Positions 18,025-28,444 are shown, numbered from the stretch's first letter. The stretch is DNA of 64,000 bases from Bacteroidales bacterium (GCA_035719105.1 DASTGN010000004.1:741252-805251); one strand, 5' to 3'. Notes: generated by a model not told the origin, from the sequence alone. Translations and numbers: made by a program.

Positions 18025-19934
18025 TGATGAGTTATACTGTTTTCATAGTCATTTTGCCTTTCCTCATGTTCCTCTTTCTGGGACTGATGGACACCAAACT
18101 AAAACCCAAAGTGGCCGGTTTGATTGGTACCCTTGGCTTGGCCACCGTTGCCGTTCTTTCGTACATCACTGCTTTTATTTACTTTTTCCAGGTAGGAAAG
18201 ATCGATGATGTTTGGCAGCCCATTACCGCTTTGAATTTCAATTGGTTGCAAGTAACGGAAAAATTGCATATCGACCTCGGCATCTTGCTGGATCCCATTT
18301 CAGTAATGATGTTGGTAGTCATTTCGACGGTTTCGTTGATGGTTCACATCTATTCATTAGGCTACATGCATGGTGAAAAAGGTTTCCAACGTTATTATGC
18401 GTTGCTATCTCTTTTTTCATTCTCCATGCTGGGTCTGGTTGTCGCCACCAACATTTTCCAAATGTACATTTTCTGGGAATTGGTAGGGGTGTCATCATAC
18501 TCACTGATCGGTTTCTACTATACCAAACCTTCAGCGGTGGCTGCTTCTAAAAAAGCGTTTATCGTGACCCGTTTTGCAGATATGTTCTTCCTGATAGGTA
18601 TTTTAGTACTTTCCTATTATACCGGAACGTTCAGTTTTGCAGAACTCTGCAATCCAACAGGTCCTGTTTTAGGAACCACCATCGGTGATACTTTTATGGG
18701 CTGGTCGGTTGTTTCTTGGGCCATGATGCTCATCTTCATGGGAGGAGCCGGTAAATCGGCCATGCTACCGTTCCACATCTGGTTGCCAGACGCCATGGAA
18801 GGTCCAACGCCTGTGTCTGCCTTGATCCATGCTGCAACGATGGTTGTCGCCGGTGTTTTCTTAGTGGCACGTTTCTTCCCTGTCTATTATTTCGGAGCCC
18901 CCGATGTATTGACCATTATTTCTTACGTAGGCGCTGCCACTGCTTTATTCGCAGCGGTCATCGCTTGTACACAGACTGACATCAAACGGGTGCTTGCGTT
19001 TTCCACCATATCGCAAATTGCTTTCATGATTACCTCTTTGGGGGTTTCCAACTACGGTGGTGAACACGGTCTGGGTTATATGGCTTCCATGTTCCATCTG
19101 TTTACACACGCTTTCTTCAAAGCGCTGTTGTTCCTTGGTGCTGGTGCTGTCATTCATGCAGTTCACAGCAATGAAATGAAGGACATGGGCGGCTTGCGTA
19201 AGTTTCTACCCATCACGAACATCACGTTTTTGATTGCCTGTCTCTCCATTGCCGGTATTCCGCCGTTTTCAGGTTTCTTCAGTAAAGATGAGATCATGGT
19301 GGCCGCATTCGAAAAGGATAAGATTATTTTCGGTATTCTATACTTCACGGCAGGGTTGACCGCATTTTATATGTTCCGCCTGTATTACCGTATTTTCTGG
19401 GGTGACAGTAACAAAGAGTACCATCACAAACCACACGAAGCCGGTTTGAACATGACTCTTCCACTTATTTTCCTGGCATTGCTTACCTGCGTGACCGGTT
19501 TCATACCCTTCGGAACATTGGTTTCTTCCAATGGTGAACCTTTTGTAACCCATATTGACTGGTTGGTTGCCTCTTTGAGTGTTGGTGTCGGTGTGGTTGG
19601 TATCATTATTGCCACAGTGATGTACCTCAAGAAGAATTCGAAGCCTGAAACGATGGAAGTCGCTTTGAAGCCCCTCTACAAGGCTTCTTATAACAAATTC
19701 TGGTTCGACGAAGCTTGGCTTTTCGCCACTAAGAAAATCGTATTTGCAAGAATTTCCAAACCAATCGCATGGTTTGATCGTCACTTGGTGGACGGCTTTA
19801 TGAATGCCCTTTCAACTGTGACTAACTGGACTTCCCGCAAAATCAAGGTGGTTCAGTCCGGAGAAATTCAGGATTATGCCTTGGCCTTCTTCATTGGCGC
19901 CTTGGTCATCGCTGCCTTGGTCATTTTTGTATAA
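18024..19934 (+). CDS. nuoL: NADH-quinone oxidoreductase subunit L
   Basis: 636 aa antiporter-like subunit; its ATG overlaps the nuoK stop (TGATGATG). Confidence 0.93.
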   Translation: MMSYTVFIVILPFLMFLFLGLMDTKLKPKVAGLIGTLGLATVAVLSYITAFIYFFQVGKIDDVWQPITALNFNWLQVTEKLHIDLGILLDPISVMMLVVISTVSLMVHIYSLGYMHGEKGFQRYYALLSLFSFSMLGLVVATNIFQMYIFWELVGVSSYSLIGFYYTKPSAVAASKKAFIVTRFADMFFLIGILVLSYYTGTFSFAELCNPTGPVLGTTIGDTFMGWSVVSWAMMLIFMGGAGKSAMLPFHIWLPDAMEGPTPVSALIHAATMVVAGVFLVARFFPVYYFGAPDVLTIISYVGAATALFAAVIACTQTDIKRVLAFSTISQIAFMITSLGVSNYGGEHGLGYMASMFHLFTHAFFKALLFLGAGAVIHAVHSNEMKDMGGLRKFLPITNITFLIACLSIAGIPPFSGFFSKDEIMVAAFEKDKIIFGILYFTAGLTAFYMFRLYYRIFWGDSNKEYHHKPHEAGLNMTLPLIFLALLTCVTGFIPFGTLVSSNGEPFVTHIDWLVASLSVGVGVVGIIIATVMYLKKNSKPETMEVALKPLYKASYNKFWFDEAWLFATKKIVFARISKPIAWFDRHLVDGFMNALSTVTNWTSRKIKVVQSGEIQDYALAFFIGALVIAALVIFV

Positions 19935-19972
19935 CGGTAAGCTAATAACGAATAAATTAAACCATACAGGAT

Positions 19973-21454
19973 ATGAACTTTCTTTCATTGTTTGTCCTTA
20001 TACCCACGTTGATGTTGCTGGCATTTATGCCATGTAAGAACAACATGCGTGCCATCCGAACGGTTGCGGTGTCCGGAGCATCCTTGTTGCTGATCCTTTC
20101 GGTCTATACGCTGGTTGCTTTCCTGAACGCTCGCGCTGCAGGCGATACCTCACAGATGCTGTTTATGGCTGATGCGATGTGGTATCCGTCTTTAAATATC
20201 CATTATTCCGTTGGGGTGGATGGAATTTCAGTAGCTATGTTGTTACTCTCTTCCTTCATCGTTTTCACTGGCGTTTTTGCTTCCTGGAACATGAATCCGC
20301 TCCCCAAAGAGTTCTTCATGTGGTTTTCCTTGTTGGCAATCGGGGTGTACGGATTCTTTATTTCAATCGACCTGTTTACCATGGTGCTCTTTTACGAAGT
20401 CGCTCTGATACCCATGTATTTGCTCATCGGTCTCTGGGGAACTGGTAAGAAAGAGTATTCAGCCATGAAGTTGACATTGATGTTGATGGGTGGCTCTGCT
20501 TTCATGATTTTGGGTGTATTGGGAATCTATTTCAGTTCCAATGCTCCCGTTCATACATTCAACTTGTTGGAAATTGCCAAGGCTGGTATACCGCTTAACC
20601 TCCAATATTATTTCTTCCCGCTTACATTCGTTGGTTTCGGTGTGCTGGGTGCTATGTTTCCTTTCCATACTTGGTCTCCCGATGGTCACGCTTCTGCTCC
20701 GACTGCCGTTTCCATGTTGCACGCAGGGGTACTGATGAAACTGGGGGGGTACGGTTGTTTCCGCATCGCGATTTTCTTGATGCCTCAAGCGGCCCATGAA
20801 CTTTCTTGGATTTTCCTCATTCTGACCGGTATCTCAGTTGTTTATGGTGCTTTTGGCGCTGTGGTTCAAACCGACCTCAAATACATCAACGCTTATTCTT
20901 CCGTTTCTCACTGCGGTTTGGTCCTTTTCGCCATTCTGATGTTGAACGAAACGGCTACCACGGGTGCGGTCATGCAAATGCTTTCCCACGGTTTGATGAC
21001 AGCCCTCTTCTTTGCCTTGATCGGTATGATTTACGGTAGAACCCATACTCGCGACATCCGTGAAATGGGTGGTCTGATGAAAATCATGCCTTTCCTTTCT
21101 GTCGCTTATGTGATTGCAGGGTTAGCTTCCTTGGGTCTTCCTGGTTTGAGTGGTTTCGTTTCTGAAATGACTATTTTCATCGGTTCGTTCCAACACGACG
21201 ACATGTTCCATCGCGTCTTCACCATTGTAGCAGTTTCTTCCATTGTTATCACGGCGGTTTATATCCTTCGGGTAGTCGGCAAGATTCTTTATGGCTCCGT
21301 CGTGGACAAACACCATGAAAGCCTTACGGATGCAACTTGGTTTGAACGCATTGCTGTGGTCACTTTGATTGTGTGCATTGCCGGCATCGGTATGTACCCA
21401 AGCTTTATTTCCGACTTGATTCACAACAGCCTGGCTTACATGACAGCTTGGTAA
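19973..21454 (+). CDS. nuoM: NADH-quinone oxidoreductase subunit M
   Basis: 493 aa antiporter-like subunit. Confidence 0.92.
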   Translation: MNFLSLFVLIPTLMLLAFMPCKNNMRAIRTVAVSGASLLLILSVYTLVAFLNARAAGDTSQMLFMADAMWYPSLNIHYSVGVDGISVAMLLLSSFIVFTGVFASWNMNPLPKEFFMWFSLLAIGVYGFFISIDLFTMVLFYEVALIPMYLLIGLWGTGKKEYSAMKLTLMLMGGSAFMILGVLGIYFSSNAPVHTFNLLEIAKAGIPLNLQYYFFPLTFVGFGVLGAMFPFHTWSPDGHASAPTAVSMLHAGVLMKLGGYGCFRIAIFLMPQAAHELSWIFLILTGISVVYGAFGAVVQTDLKYINAYSSVSHCGLVLFAILMLNETATTGAVMQMLSHGLMTALFFALIGMIYGRTHTRDIREMGGLMKIMPFLSVAYVIAGLASLGLPGLSGFVSEMTIFIGSFQHDDMFHRVFTIVAVSSIVITAVYILRVVGKILYGSVVDKHHESLTDATWFERIAVVTLIVCIAGIGMYPSFISDLIHNSLAYMTAW

Positions 21455-21490
21455 TTAGAAACGAAAGATTAATCGAATAACATTTATACA

Positions 21491-22912
21491 ATGGATTTAA
21501 GCAATTATTTGTTGATGAAACAGGAAATGTCACTGATGGTGGTGTTTCTGATTCTGATGGTGTACGATCTGTTCGCTTCGGAAAACGGTCGGAAGTGGCT
21601 TCAACCTTTAGGTGTTGTGCTGTTTTTGGTGCACACGGTTCTGGGCTTCCTGCCAAATGCAACAGGTTCTTCCTTCGCAGGCATGTATGTTTCAGGAGCG
21701 GCTGAAGTGGCTATCAAGAACATTTTAAATGTAGGTGTCCTCCTGATGTTTTTGCAAGCCAATGGTTGGCTGGGCAAACCAGAAAGTTCCTTCAAGCGGG
21801 GTGAGTTCTTCATATTGACGCTGTTGACGTTGTTTGGCATGTATCTGATGATTTCCTCAGGTAATTTCATGTTGTTCTACATCGGTCTTGAAACGGCATC
21901 TCTGCCTATGGCTGCCTTGGTTGCTTTTGAGAAATTTCAAAAGAACTCGGCCGAAGCTGGTGCTAAATATGTATTCAACGCTGTATTTTCTTCTGCCATT
22001 TTATTGTTCGGAACATCCTTGCTGTACGGCGCTATGGGCTCCTTGTACTACGATGATCTTACCATGTCATTGATATCCAATCCGTTGGTTATTCTGTCCA
22101 TGGTATTTATCCTGGTTGGATTGTTTTTCAAAATTTCGCTGGTTCCATTTCATTTCTGGACTCCAGACGTTTATCAAGGTGCTCCCACAACAATCACAGC
22201 TTACCTGTCCACCATTTCCAAAGGTGCTGCCGTTTTTGCGTTGATGTCTCTTTTGTACAAGGTTTTCGGCAATATGGTCTTTGAATGGCATGCCATCCTC
22301 TGGTGGGTGATCGTTATCACCATCACGATTGGTAATATTTTTGCCATGCGTCAAAAGAATCTGAAGCGTTTCCTTGCTTTTTCTTCTGTTTCACAGGCTG
22401 GTTACATCGCTTTAAGCGTAATGGCCGGAACACCGCAAGGAATGGCTTCCACCATGTACTACATTCTGGTGTACATATTCTCTAACATGGCTGCCTTCGG
22501 GGTGATTTCTGCCATTGAAAATAAAACCGGCAAAATGGAAATGACCGATTATAATGGTCTGTATAAAACCAACCCGAACTTGGCAATTGTCATGATGATT
22601 GCTTTGTTTTCGCTTGGTGGTATACCTCCAACGGCAGGTTTCTTCAGTAAATTCTATGTGTTCATGGCAGCTTCTGCCGAACACGAATACGTCTTGGTGT
22701 TCATTGCTTTGCTTAATACCATTATTTCTCTGTATTACTACCTCTTGGTAGTCAAGGCTATGTTCATCAATGCTAGCGAACATCCTATAGAAAAATTCTC
22801 CAGCGACGGTTATATGAAAATCTCGTTGGTAATTTGCCTCGTAGGTTTGATCGTGCTGGGTTTCACCAGCGGCATCTACGAATACCTCAACGCAGTAGGA
22901 TTCGGAATTTAA
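21491..22912 (+). CDS. nuoN: NADH-quinone oxidoreductase subunit N
   Basis: 473 aa antiporter-like subunit; last gene of the operon. Confidence 0.92.
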   Translation: MDLSNYLLMKQEMSLMVVFLILMVYDLFASENGRKWLQPLGVVLFLVHTVLGFLPNATGSSFAGMYVSGAAEVAIKNILNVGVLLMFLQANGWLGKPESSFKRGEFFILTLLTLFGMYLMISSGNFMLFYIGLETASLPMAALVAFEKFQKNSAEAGAKYVFNAVFSSAILLFGTSLLYGAMGSLYYDDLTMSLISNPLVILSMVFILVGLFFKISLVPFHFWTPDVYQGAPTTITAYLSTISKGAAVFALMSLLYKVFGNMVFEWHAILWWVIVITITIGNIFAMRQKNLKRFLAFSSVSQAGYIALSVMAGTPQGMASTMYYILVYIFSNMAAFGVISAIENKTGKMEMTDYNGLYKTNPNLAIVMMIALFSLGGIPPTAGFFSKFYVFMAASAEHEYVLVFIALLNTIISLYYYLLVVKAMFINASEHPIEKFSSDGYMKISLVICLVGLIVLGFTSGIYEYLNAVGFGI

Positions 22913-22934
22913 AATCAGGAGTTTTTCTTTATGC

Positions 22935-22978
22935 AAGAAGCGCCACGGTCATTGGATCGATGGCGCTTCTTTATTTTG
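22935..22978 (+). terminator. rho-independent terminator of the nuo operon
   Basis: 11-bp stem aagaagcgcca / tggcgcttctt followed by a T-rich tail. Confidence 0.8.
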
Positions 22979-23009
22979 TTGAATGACAAGATGCCATTAT
23001 GTAGGCCTA

Positions 23010-24302
23010 TTACAGGAACGGAACGAGCGATTCCAGCTGATTTCCTCTTGATCCTTTGATCAAAATGGTATAACCCTGTAAAGGTTGTTCGGTCAGATAG
23101 GAAATGAATTTCTCAGCTGTTTCAAAAACAGGGTAGTCGCTGCCTGCTTTCATGAATTCCGGGCCTATTAGAAAGACTCGGTCGAAACTGATTTCAGCCA
23201 AGTGGAAAGCGAGTCGTTTGTGCTCTTCTTCGCTGAGTTCACCGAGTTCTTTCATACTGCCTAATATCACTGCTTTACGAGGTGCATCGTATTGTTCGAA
23301 ATTTTGTATTGCTGCCGACATGCTGGTCGGATTGGCGTTGTAAGCATCGATAACCAAAGTGTTCTGCTCCGTCTGTTTAAGTTGAGAGCGGTTGTTGCTC
23401 GGTACGTATTCCTGCAATGCAAGGGAAATCTGCTCGGTTGGAACACCGAAGTACATCCCGACACAGACTGCGGCTAGTGCATTTTCCAAATTGTAGGAAC
23501 CGATCAGATTCGTCTGAGCCTCATGAACGTGTGAGTCGTAGTCGCTGAACCAACGAAGTTTAAGGAAGGGTGAACAAGTAATGGTTTCGCCCCAAAGTGG
23601 ATAACCGGCTTTGGTTGCGTATTTGATTTCATCGATTCCTTTGGCAATGCTTCGCAGATATGGGTTTTCCATGTTGATGAAAATCTTTCCTCTTTTGGCC
23701 CTCAGGTAGTCGTAGAGCTCTCCTTTGGTGCGAATGACGCCTTCGAAAGAGCCGAATCCTTCCAGATGGGCTTTCCCCACATTTGTAATCAATCCAAAGT
23801 CAGGGTCGGCGATTTCCACCAGTTCTTTGATTTCTCCCGGGTGGTTGGCGCCCATTTCGATGACGGCGATTTCGTGTTCCGGTTTCAATCTCAAAAGAGT
23901 TAACGGAACTCCAATGTGATTGTTCAAATTGCCTTGAGTATATAATAAATTGAATTTCTTACAAAGAACGGATGCCATGAGTTCCTTCGTGGTGGTTTTT
24001 CCGTTGGTGCCGGTAATGCCGATGACTGGAATGTTGCATTGTTTACGGTGATGGGCGGCTAAACCTTGAAGGGTTTTAAGGCAATCCTCTACCAGTAGGA
24101 TACGAGGATCGGTCACTGATTCGAGTTCATCCACTACCGCAAAGCTGGAACCCAGTTCGAGTGCTTGCCTGGCAAAATGATTTCCGTTGAAGTTCTCACC
24201 TTTTAGGGCGATGAACAGGGAGCCTGTTGGGCAGTTCCTGCTGTCGGTGGTGACGGTGGAATGTTTTTTGTAGATCTCGTACAGTTCGGTAATGGTGGTC
24301 AT
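23010..24302 (-). CDS. murF: UDP-N-acetylmuramoyl-tripeptide--D-alanyl-D-alanine ligase
   Basis: GITGTNGKTTTKE P-loop and Mur ligase architecture. The ATG at 24302 is preferred over the track's TTG at 24323. Confidence 0.92.
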   Translation of the reverse strand: MTTITELYEIYKKHSTVTTDSRNCPTGSLFIALKGENFNGNHFARQALELGSSFAVVDELESVTDPRILLVEDCLKTLQGLAAHHRKQCNIPVIGITGTNGKTTTKELMASVLCKKFNLLYTQGNLNNHIGVPLTLLRLKPEHEIAVIEMGANHPGEIKELVEIADPDFGLITNVGKAHLEGFGSFEGVIRTKGELYDYLRAKRGKIFINMENPYLRSIAKGIDEIKYATKAGYPLWGETITCSPFLKLRWFSDYDSHVHEAQTNLIGSYNLENALAAVCVGMYFGVPTEQISLALQEYVPSNNRSQLKQTEQNTLVIDAYNANPTSMSAAIQNFEQYDAPRKAVILGSMKELGELSEEEHKRLAFHLAEISFDRVFLIGPEFMKAGSDYPVFETAEKFISYLTEQPLQGYTILIKGSRGNQLESLVPFL

Positions 24303-24320
24303 GGCCAATATTTTTATCAA

Positions 24321-24328
24321 CAAAAATA
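24321..24328 (-). promoter_or_regulatory. Bacteroidetes -7 promoter box
   Basis: TATTTTTG on the minus strand; 18 nt gap to the murF ATG at 24302. Confidence 0.45.
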
Positions 24329-24398
24329 CAGATTAATTTGAGATAAGTGGACAGGCGTATAAATTTTCGCTACAAGCTCATTTTAATATGTTTTTTTG

Positions 24399-24406
24399 TA
24401 CATTTG
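24399..24406 (+). promoter_or_regulatory. Bacteroidetes -7 promoter box
   Basis: TACATTTG; 55 nt gap to the folP ATG at 24462. It overlaps the track's TTG start at 24396. Confidence 0.45.
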
Positions 24407-24461
24407 TCCAAAGAGCCCGCTTAATACGCCTTTTGCACAGTTGTCTTTCCCACATTTGATT

Positions 24462-25322
24462 ATGCAATTTTCAGGACAATCATTTACCATCAATATAAAG
24501 GGTCGCCTTATGGACCTGAGTGTTCCCAAAGTGATGGGAATTCTGAACGTGACCCCAGATTCGTTTTTTTCGAGCAGTCGCTACATGTCTGAAGAAGGCA
24601 TTTTATTCCGTGCAAGCCAGATTATTGACGATGGTGCCGATATCCTGGATGTGGGAGCTTGTTCCACGCGGCCGGGTATTGAACTGGTTTCTGAAGAAGA
24701 GGAATTGCTTCGATTGCGCTTGGCTTTGCACCTTATCCGCAAACGTTGGCCCAATATGCCCATTTCTGTGGATACTTTTCGTGCCAGGGTTGCCGAAGTG
24801 GTGGTGACAGAGTTTGGTGCGGACATCATCAACGACATTTCAGGTGGAGACCTGGATCCAGCGATGTTTCAAACTGTTGCGAAACTGCAAGTGCCCTATA
24901 TCCTGATGCACATGCAAGGTACGCCGGGGACCATGCAAATGCAGCCGCAATACGATGATATGATGACGGAAATCTGTCAGTACTTTTCTAAAAGGGTGGA
25001 GATTTTGAGAAGCCTAGGGGTGAATGATATCATTTTGGACCCGGGATTCGGCTTCGGAAAGACGTTGGATCACAACTATGAATTGCTTAGGAGATTCGAT
25101 GAATTCGAACTGTTTGGTTTACCGCTTTTAGCTGGTTTGTCTCGCAAGTCCATGATTTATAAAAATTTAGGAGTCAATCCAGAGCAATCTCTAAACGGAA
25201 CCAGCATCCTGAATACCTTAGCTTTGACCGGAGGCGCCAACATCCTTCGGGTACACGACATTAAAGAAGCGTTGGAATGCGTGAAACTGGTACAAACCTG
25301 TAAAACCTCCGGCCTATGCTGA
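24462..25322 (+). CDS. folP: dihydropteroate synthase
   Basis: VMGILNVTPDSFF, DIGACSTRPG, DPGFGFGK motifs. Confidence 0.93.
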   Translation: MQFSGQSFTINIKGRLMDLSVPKVMGILNVTPDSFFSSSRYMSEEGILFRASQIIDDGADILDVGACSTRPGIELVSEEEELLRLRLALHLIRKRWPNMPISVDTFRARVAEVVVTEFGADIINDISGGDLDPAMFQTVAKLQVPYILMHMQGTPGTMQMQPQYDDMMTEICQYFSKRVEILRSLGVNDIILDPGFGFGKTLDHNYELLRRFDEFELFGLPLLAGLSRKSMIYKNLGVNPEQSLNGTSILNTLALTGGANILRVHDIKEALECVKLVQTCKTSGLC

Positions 25323-26086
25323 TCATGCCCAATCTGAAAGATATCATTGACATTCTGTTGGTGGCATTTCTTCTGTACGCTACGTTCAAAATTATGAAAA
25401 GTTCGGGGGCACTTTCCATTTTTACGGGAATTCTCTCCTTTGTAGCTGTTTGGGTATTGGTTTCTTATGTGTTCGAAATGCGCCTGATGGGTGCCATTAT
25501 GAACAAATTCATCAGTGTAGGTGCCATAGCGCTGATTGTACTTTTTCAAAACGAAATACGTCGGTTCCTGGTTATGTTGGGATCGAGACGCCGTTGGCAA
25601 ATCATCGGACGTTTTTTTACACAAAAGAAGCTTCCCAAAGACAAATCGGATGCTTTCATCATGCAAATTGTCCTTTCTTGTCAGGAATTCTCCAAGAAAA
25701 AAACGGGAGCACTTATCATTTTGGAAGGTAATACCTATCTTGGTGAATACATTCATTCTGGTGAACGTTTGGATGCTGTGTTGAGCGGTCAATTGTTGCA
25801 AAACATTTTTTTCAAGAACAGCCCGTTGCACGACGGAGCAGTGATCATTTCTGATTATCGGATCAAGGCTGCCGCCTGCATCTTGCCGGTGGCTCATGAT
25901 GACAACTTACCCAAAAATCTGGGGCTCAGACATCGAGCTGCATTGGGCATTTCTCAAGTTACCGATGCAATGGCCATTGTGGTTTCCGAAGAAAGCGGTA
26001 TCATCAGTTTGGCCTACATGGGTGAACTGAAACGCCATCTTAAAATTGAAGATCTCGAACGTTTTTTAGCTGAAAAAATCGTCTAA
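25316..26086 (+). CDS. cdaA: diadenylate cyclase (c-di-AMP synthase, membrane-anchored CdaA type)
   Basis: Three N-terminal TM segments plus a DAC domain (PLHDGAVII...LGLRHRAALGIS...VVSEESGIISLA). Overlaps the folP stop by 7 nt. Confidence 0.92.
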   Translation: MLIMPNLKDIIDILLVAFLLYATFKIMKSSGALSIFTGILSFVAVWVLVSYVFEMRLMGAIMNKFISVGAIALIVLFQNEIRRFLVMLGSRRRWQIIGRFFTQKKLPKDKSDAFIMQIVLSCQEFSKKKTGALIILEGNTYLGEYIHSGERLDAVLSGQLLQNIFFKNSPLHDGAVIISDYRIKAAACILPVAHDDNLPKNLGLRHRAALGISQVTDAMAIVVSEESGIISLAYMGELKRHLKIEDLERFLAEKIV

Positions 26087-26160
26087 TCATTTTGTAAAGA
26101 AAATTGGCAGGATTTTTGTAAAATCACTCATTTTGCTATCTCTATATTGCAAAATAGGTG

Positions 26161-26168
26161 TATCTTTG
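26161..26168 (+). promoter_or_regulatory. Bacteroidetes -7 promoter box
   Basis: TATCTTTG; 29 nt gap to the pta ATG. Confidence 0.5.
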
Positions 26169-26197
26169 CACCCGATATTTAACCCGTTAGAACAAAA

Positions 26198-27205
26198 ATG
26201 GACCTTTTACAAAACATGCTTTTACGCGCGCAGGCAAATCCTCAGCGTATCGTTCTTCCCGAAGGAACTGAAATTCGTACTTTAATGGCTGCCAATCAAA
26301 TTCTCGGCATGCAGGCAGCTCAAATCATATTAATCGGAAACCCAGATGAAATCAAGCATCTGGCAACTGAGAACGGTCTAAAAAACATTGAAAACGCGAC
26401 TGTGGTTGATCCCAAAAACCACGATAAAAAAGAAGTCTATACCAACTTATTGGTGGAACTTCGCAAAAGCAAAGGGATGACATACGAACAAGCTTCCATA
26501 TTGACGGAAGATCCCTTGTTCTTGGCTTGCCTGATGATTAAAAACGGTGATGCAGATGGGGAAGTGGCCGGTGCCAGAAATACAACGGGCAATGTACTAC
26601 GTCCAGCATTCCAAATTGTGAAAACTTTACCAGGAATCAGCGTGGTTTCAGGTGCTTTTCTGATGTTTCTCAAAAATAAATCGTACGGTGAAGAAGGATT
26701 GATGGTATTTGCCGATTGCGCCGTTCACCCCAATCCAACCGCTCCCGAATTGGCTCAAATAGCCATTTCAACCGCTCAAACAGCCAGAAGCATCGCAGGC
26801 TTTGAACCTAGAGTCGGCATGTTGAGTTTTTCTACTAAAGGCAGCGCTAAGCACGAAATGGTTGACAAAGTAGTGGAAGCTACCCGCATAGCCAAGGAAA
26901 TGGAACCCGCCCTCCAAATTGACGGAGAACTGCAAGCCGATGCCGCTTTGGTTCCAGATGTAGCTGCCAGCAAAGCACCGGGCAGCACTGTAGCAGGCAA
27001 GGCTAACGTTTTAGTATTCCCGACACTGGAAACAGGAAACATCGCCTACAAACTCGTACAACGTTTGGCCGAAGCAGAGGCTGTAGGCCCCATTCTTCAA
27101 GGTATGGCTGCTCCGATCAACGATCTTTCGCGCGGATGTTCCGTGGATGATGTCTACAAAATGGTTATCATCACTTCCAATCAGGCAATAGGTATTAAGA
27201 AATAG
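26198..27205 (+). CDS. pta: phosphate acetyltransferase
   Basis: 335 aa PTA_PTB-type protein (RIVLPEG...SFSTKGSA...NVLVFPTLETGNIAYK). Confidence 0.93.
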   Translation: MDLLQNMLLRAQANPQRIVLPEGTEIRTLMAANQILGMQAAQIILIGNPDEIKHLATENGLKNIENATVVDPKNHDKKEVYTNLLVELRKSKGMTYEQASILTEDPLFLACLMIKNGDADGEVAGARNTTGNVLRPAFQIVKTLPGISVVSGAFLMFLKNKSYGEEGLMVFADCAVHPNPTAPELAQIAISTAQTARSIAGFEPRVGMLSFSTKGSAKHEMVDKVVEATRIAKEMEPALQIDGELQADAALVPDVAASKAPGSTVAGKANVLVFPTLETGNIAYKLVQRLAEAEAVGPILQGMAAPINDLSRGCSVDDVYKMVIITSNQAIGIKK

Positions 27206-27226
27206 GTTAACAAAAATTCGACAAAC

Positions 27227-28426
27227 ATGAAGGTATTGGTTTTAAATTGCGGAAGCAGCTCCATCAAATACAAGCTTATTGATATGGAGAAACACGAAAT
27301 GCTCGCTCAGGGTGGCATTGAAAAGATTGGCATGAAGGATTCGTTCCTTAAGCTGGTGACTCCCGAAGATAAAAAGGTGGTTCTCGAAAAAAGTATACCC
27401 GAACATCAAACCGGTGTAGACTTTATTCTGGAAGTTTTGACAAGCCCTGAGAATGGTTGCTTGAAATCCCTTAAGGAAATTGATGCGGTAGGTCACCGTG
27501 TCGTTCACGGAGGTGAAAAGTTCAATGCCAGTATTCGGATCAACCAAGCAGTTTTGGATCAGATCAAGGAATGCTTTGACCTGGCTCCCTTGCACAATCC
27601 AGCCAATTTAATCGGTATCGAAGCTGTTGAAAAATCATTGCCGGGTATTCCTCAGGTTGCCGTTTTCGACACTGCCTTCCATCAGACCATGCCTCCCAAG
27701 GCCTACATGTATGGCTTACCTTACGAGTATTACGAAAAATATGCCATCCGTCGTTACGGTTTTCATGGAACGAGCCACCGCTACGTTTCCAAAAAAGCTT
27801 GTGAGATCTTAGGTGTAAATTATGAAGATCAAAAAATAATTACCGCACATATTGGGAACGGTGCTTCCATCACAGCCATTAAGAATGGGGTATCCATCGA
27901 TACTTCCATGGGCATGACCCCGGTGGACGGATTGTTGATGGGTACTCGTACCGGCGAAATTGACGGTGGTGTTTTGACCTTTCTGGCAGAAAAGGAACAT
28001 TTAAGTGCATCCAAACTGAGTGATGTGATGAATAAGAAAAGCGGAGTGCTGGGCATATCCGGCTTATCATCTGACATGCGAGAAATTGAAGCCGCTGTGT
28101 TTGCTGGTCATCCACGTGCCAAATTGGCCATCGACATGTACAACTACCGCATCAAAAAGTTTGTGGGTTCCTACGCAGCTGCAATGGGTGGTCTGGACAT
28201 CCTCGTATTTACAGGTGGTGTAGGGGAGAATCAATGGGCAACCCGTGCTGCTGTTTGCAAAAACATGGAATTTATGGGCATCCAATTTGATTACGATAAA
28301 AATGATGGTTGCAGGGGCAAGGAAATCATTCTTTCCACACCTGACTCCAAAGTGGTCGTCATCGTTGTTCCGACAGATGAGGAAATGATGATAGCCATCG
28401 ACACGGAGACAATCCTATCGAAATAA
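27227..28426 (+). CDS. ackA: acetate kinase
   Basis: MKVLVLNCGSSSIKY, HRVVHGG, FHGTSH motifs. Confidence 0.95.
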   Translation: MKVLVLNCGSSSIKYKLIDMEKHEMLAQGGIEKIGMKDSFLKLVTPEDKKVVLEKSIPEHQTGVDFILEVLTSPENGCLKSLKEIDAVGHRVVHGGEKFNASIRINQAVLDQIKECFDLAPLHNPANLIGIEAVEKSLPGIPQVAVFDTAFHQTMPPKAYMYGLPYEYYEKYAIRRYGFHGTSHRYVSKKACEILGVNYEDQKIITAHIGNGASITAIKNGVSIDTSMGMTPVDGLLMGTRTGEIDGGVLTFLAEKEHLSASKLSDVMNKKSGVLGISGLSSDMREIEAAVFAGHPRAKLAIDMYNYRIKKFVGSYAAAMGGLDILVFTGGVGENQWATRAAVCKNMEFMGIQFDYDKNDGCRGKEIILSTPDSKVVVIVVPTDEEMMIAIDTETILSK

Positions 28427-28444
28427 AATTTATTTAGGGATTTT

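Noticed and set aside
25157-25897. A 246-aa minus-strand ORF antisense to folP/cdaA. Similar long antisense ORFs lie at 7982..8482, 14199..14675, 22412..22936, 30000..30473, 32197..32736, 57460..58020 and 63164..63667.
   Set aside because: Each lies entirely opposite a gene with unambiguous family motifs. Their sequences are low-complexity and R/H/Q/S-rich, and they lack motifs, signal peptides and promoter boxes. This is typical of shadow ORFs produced by codon bias.
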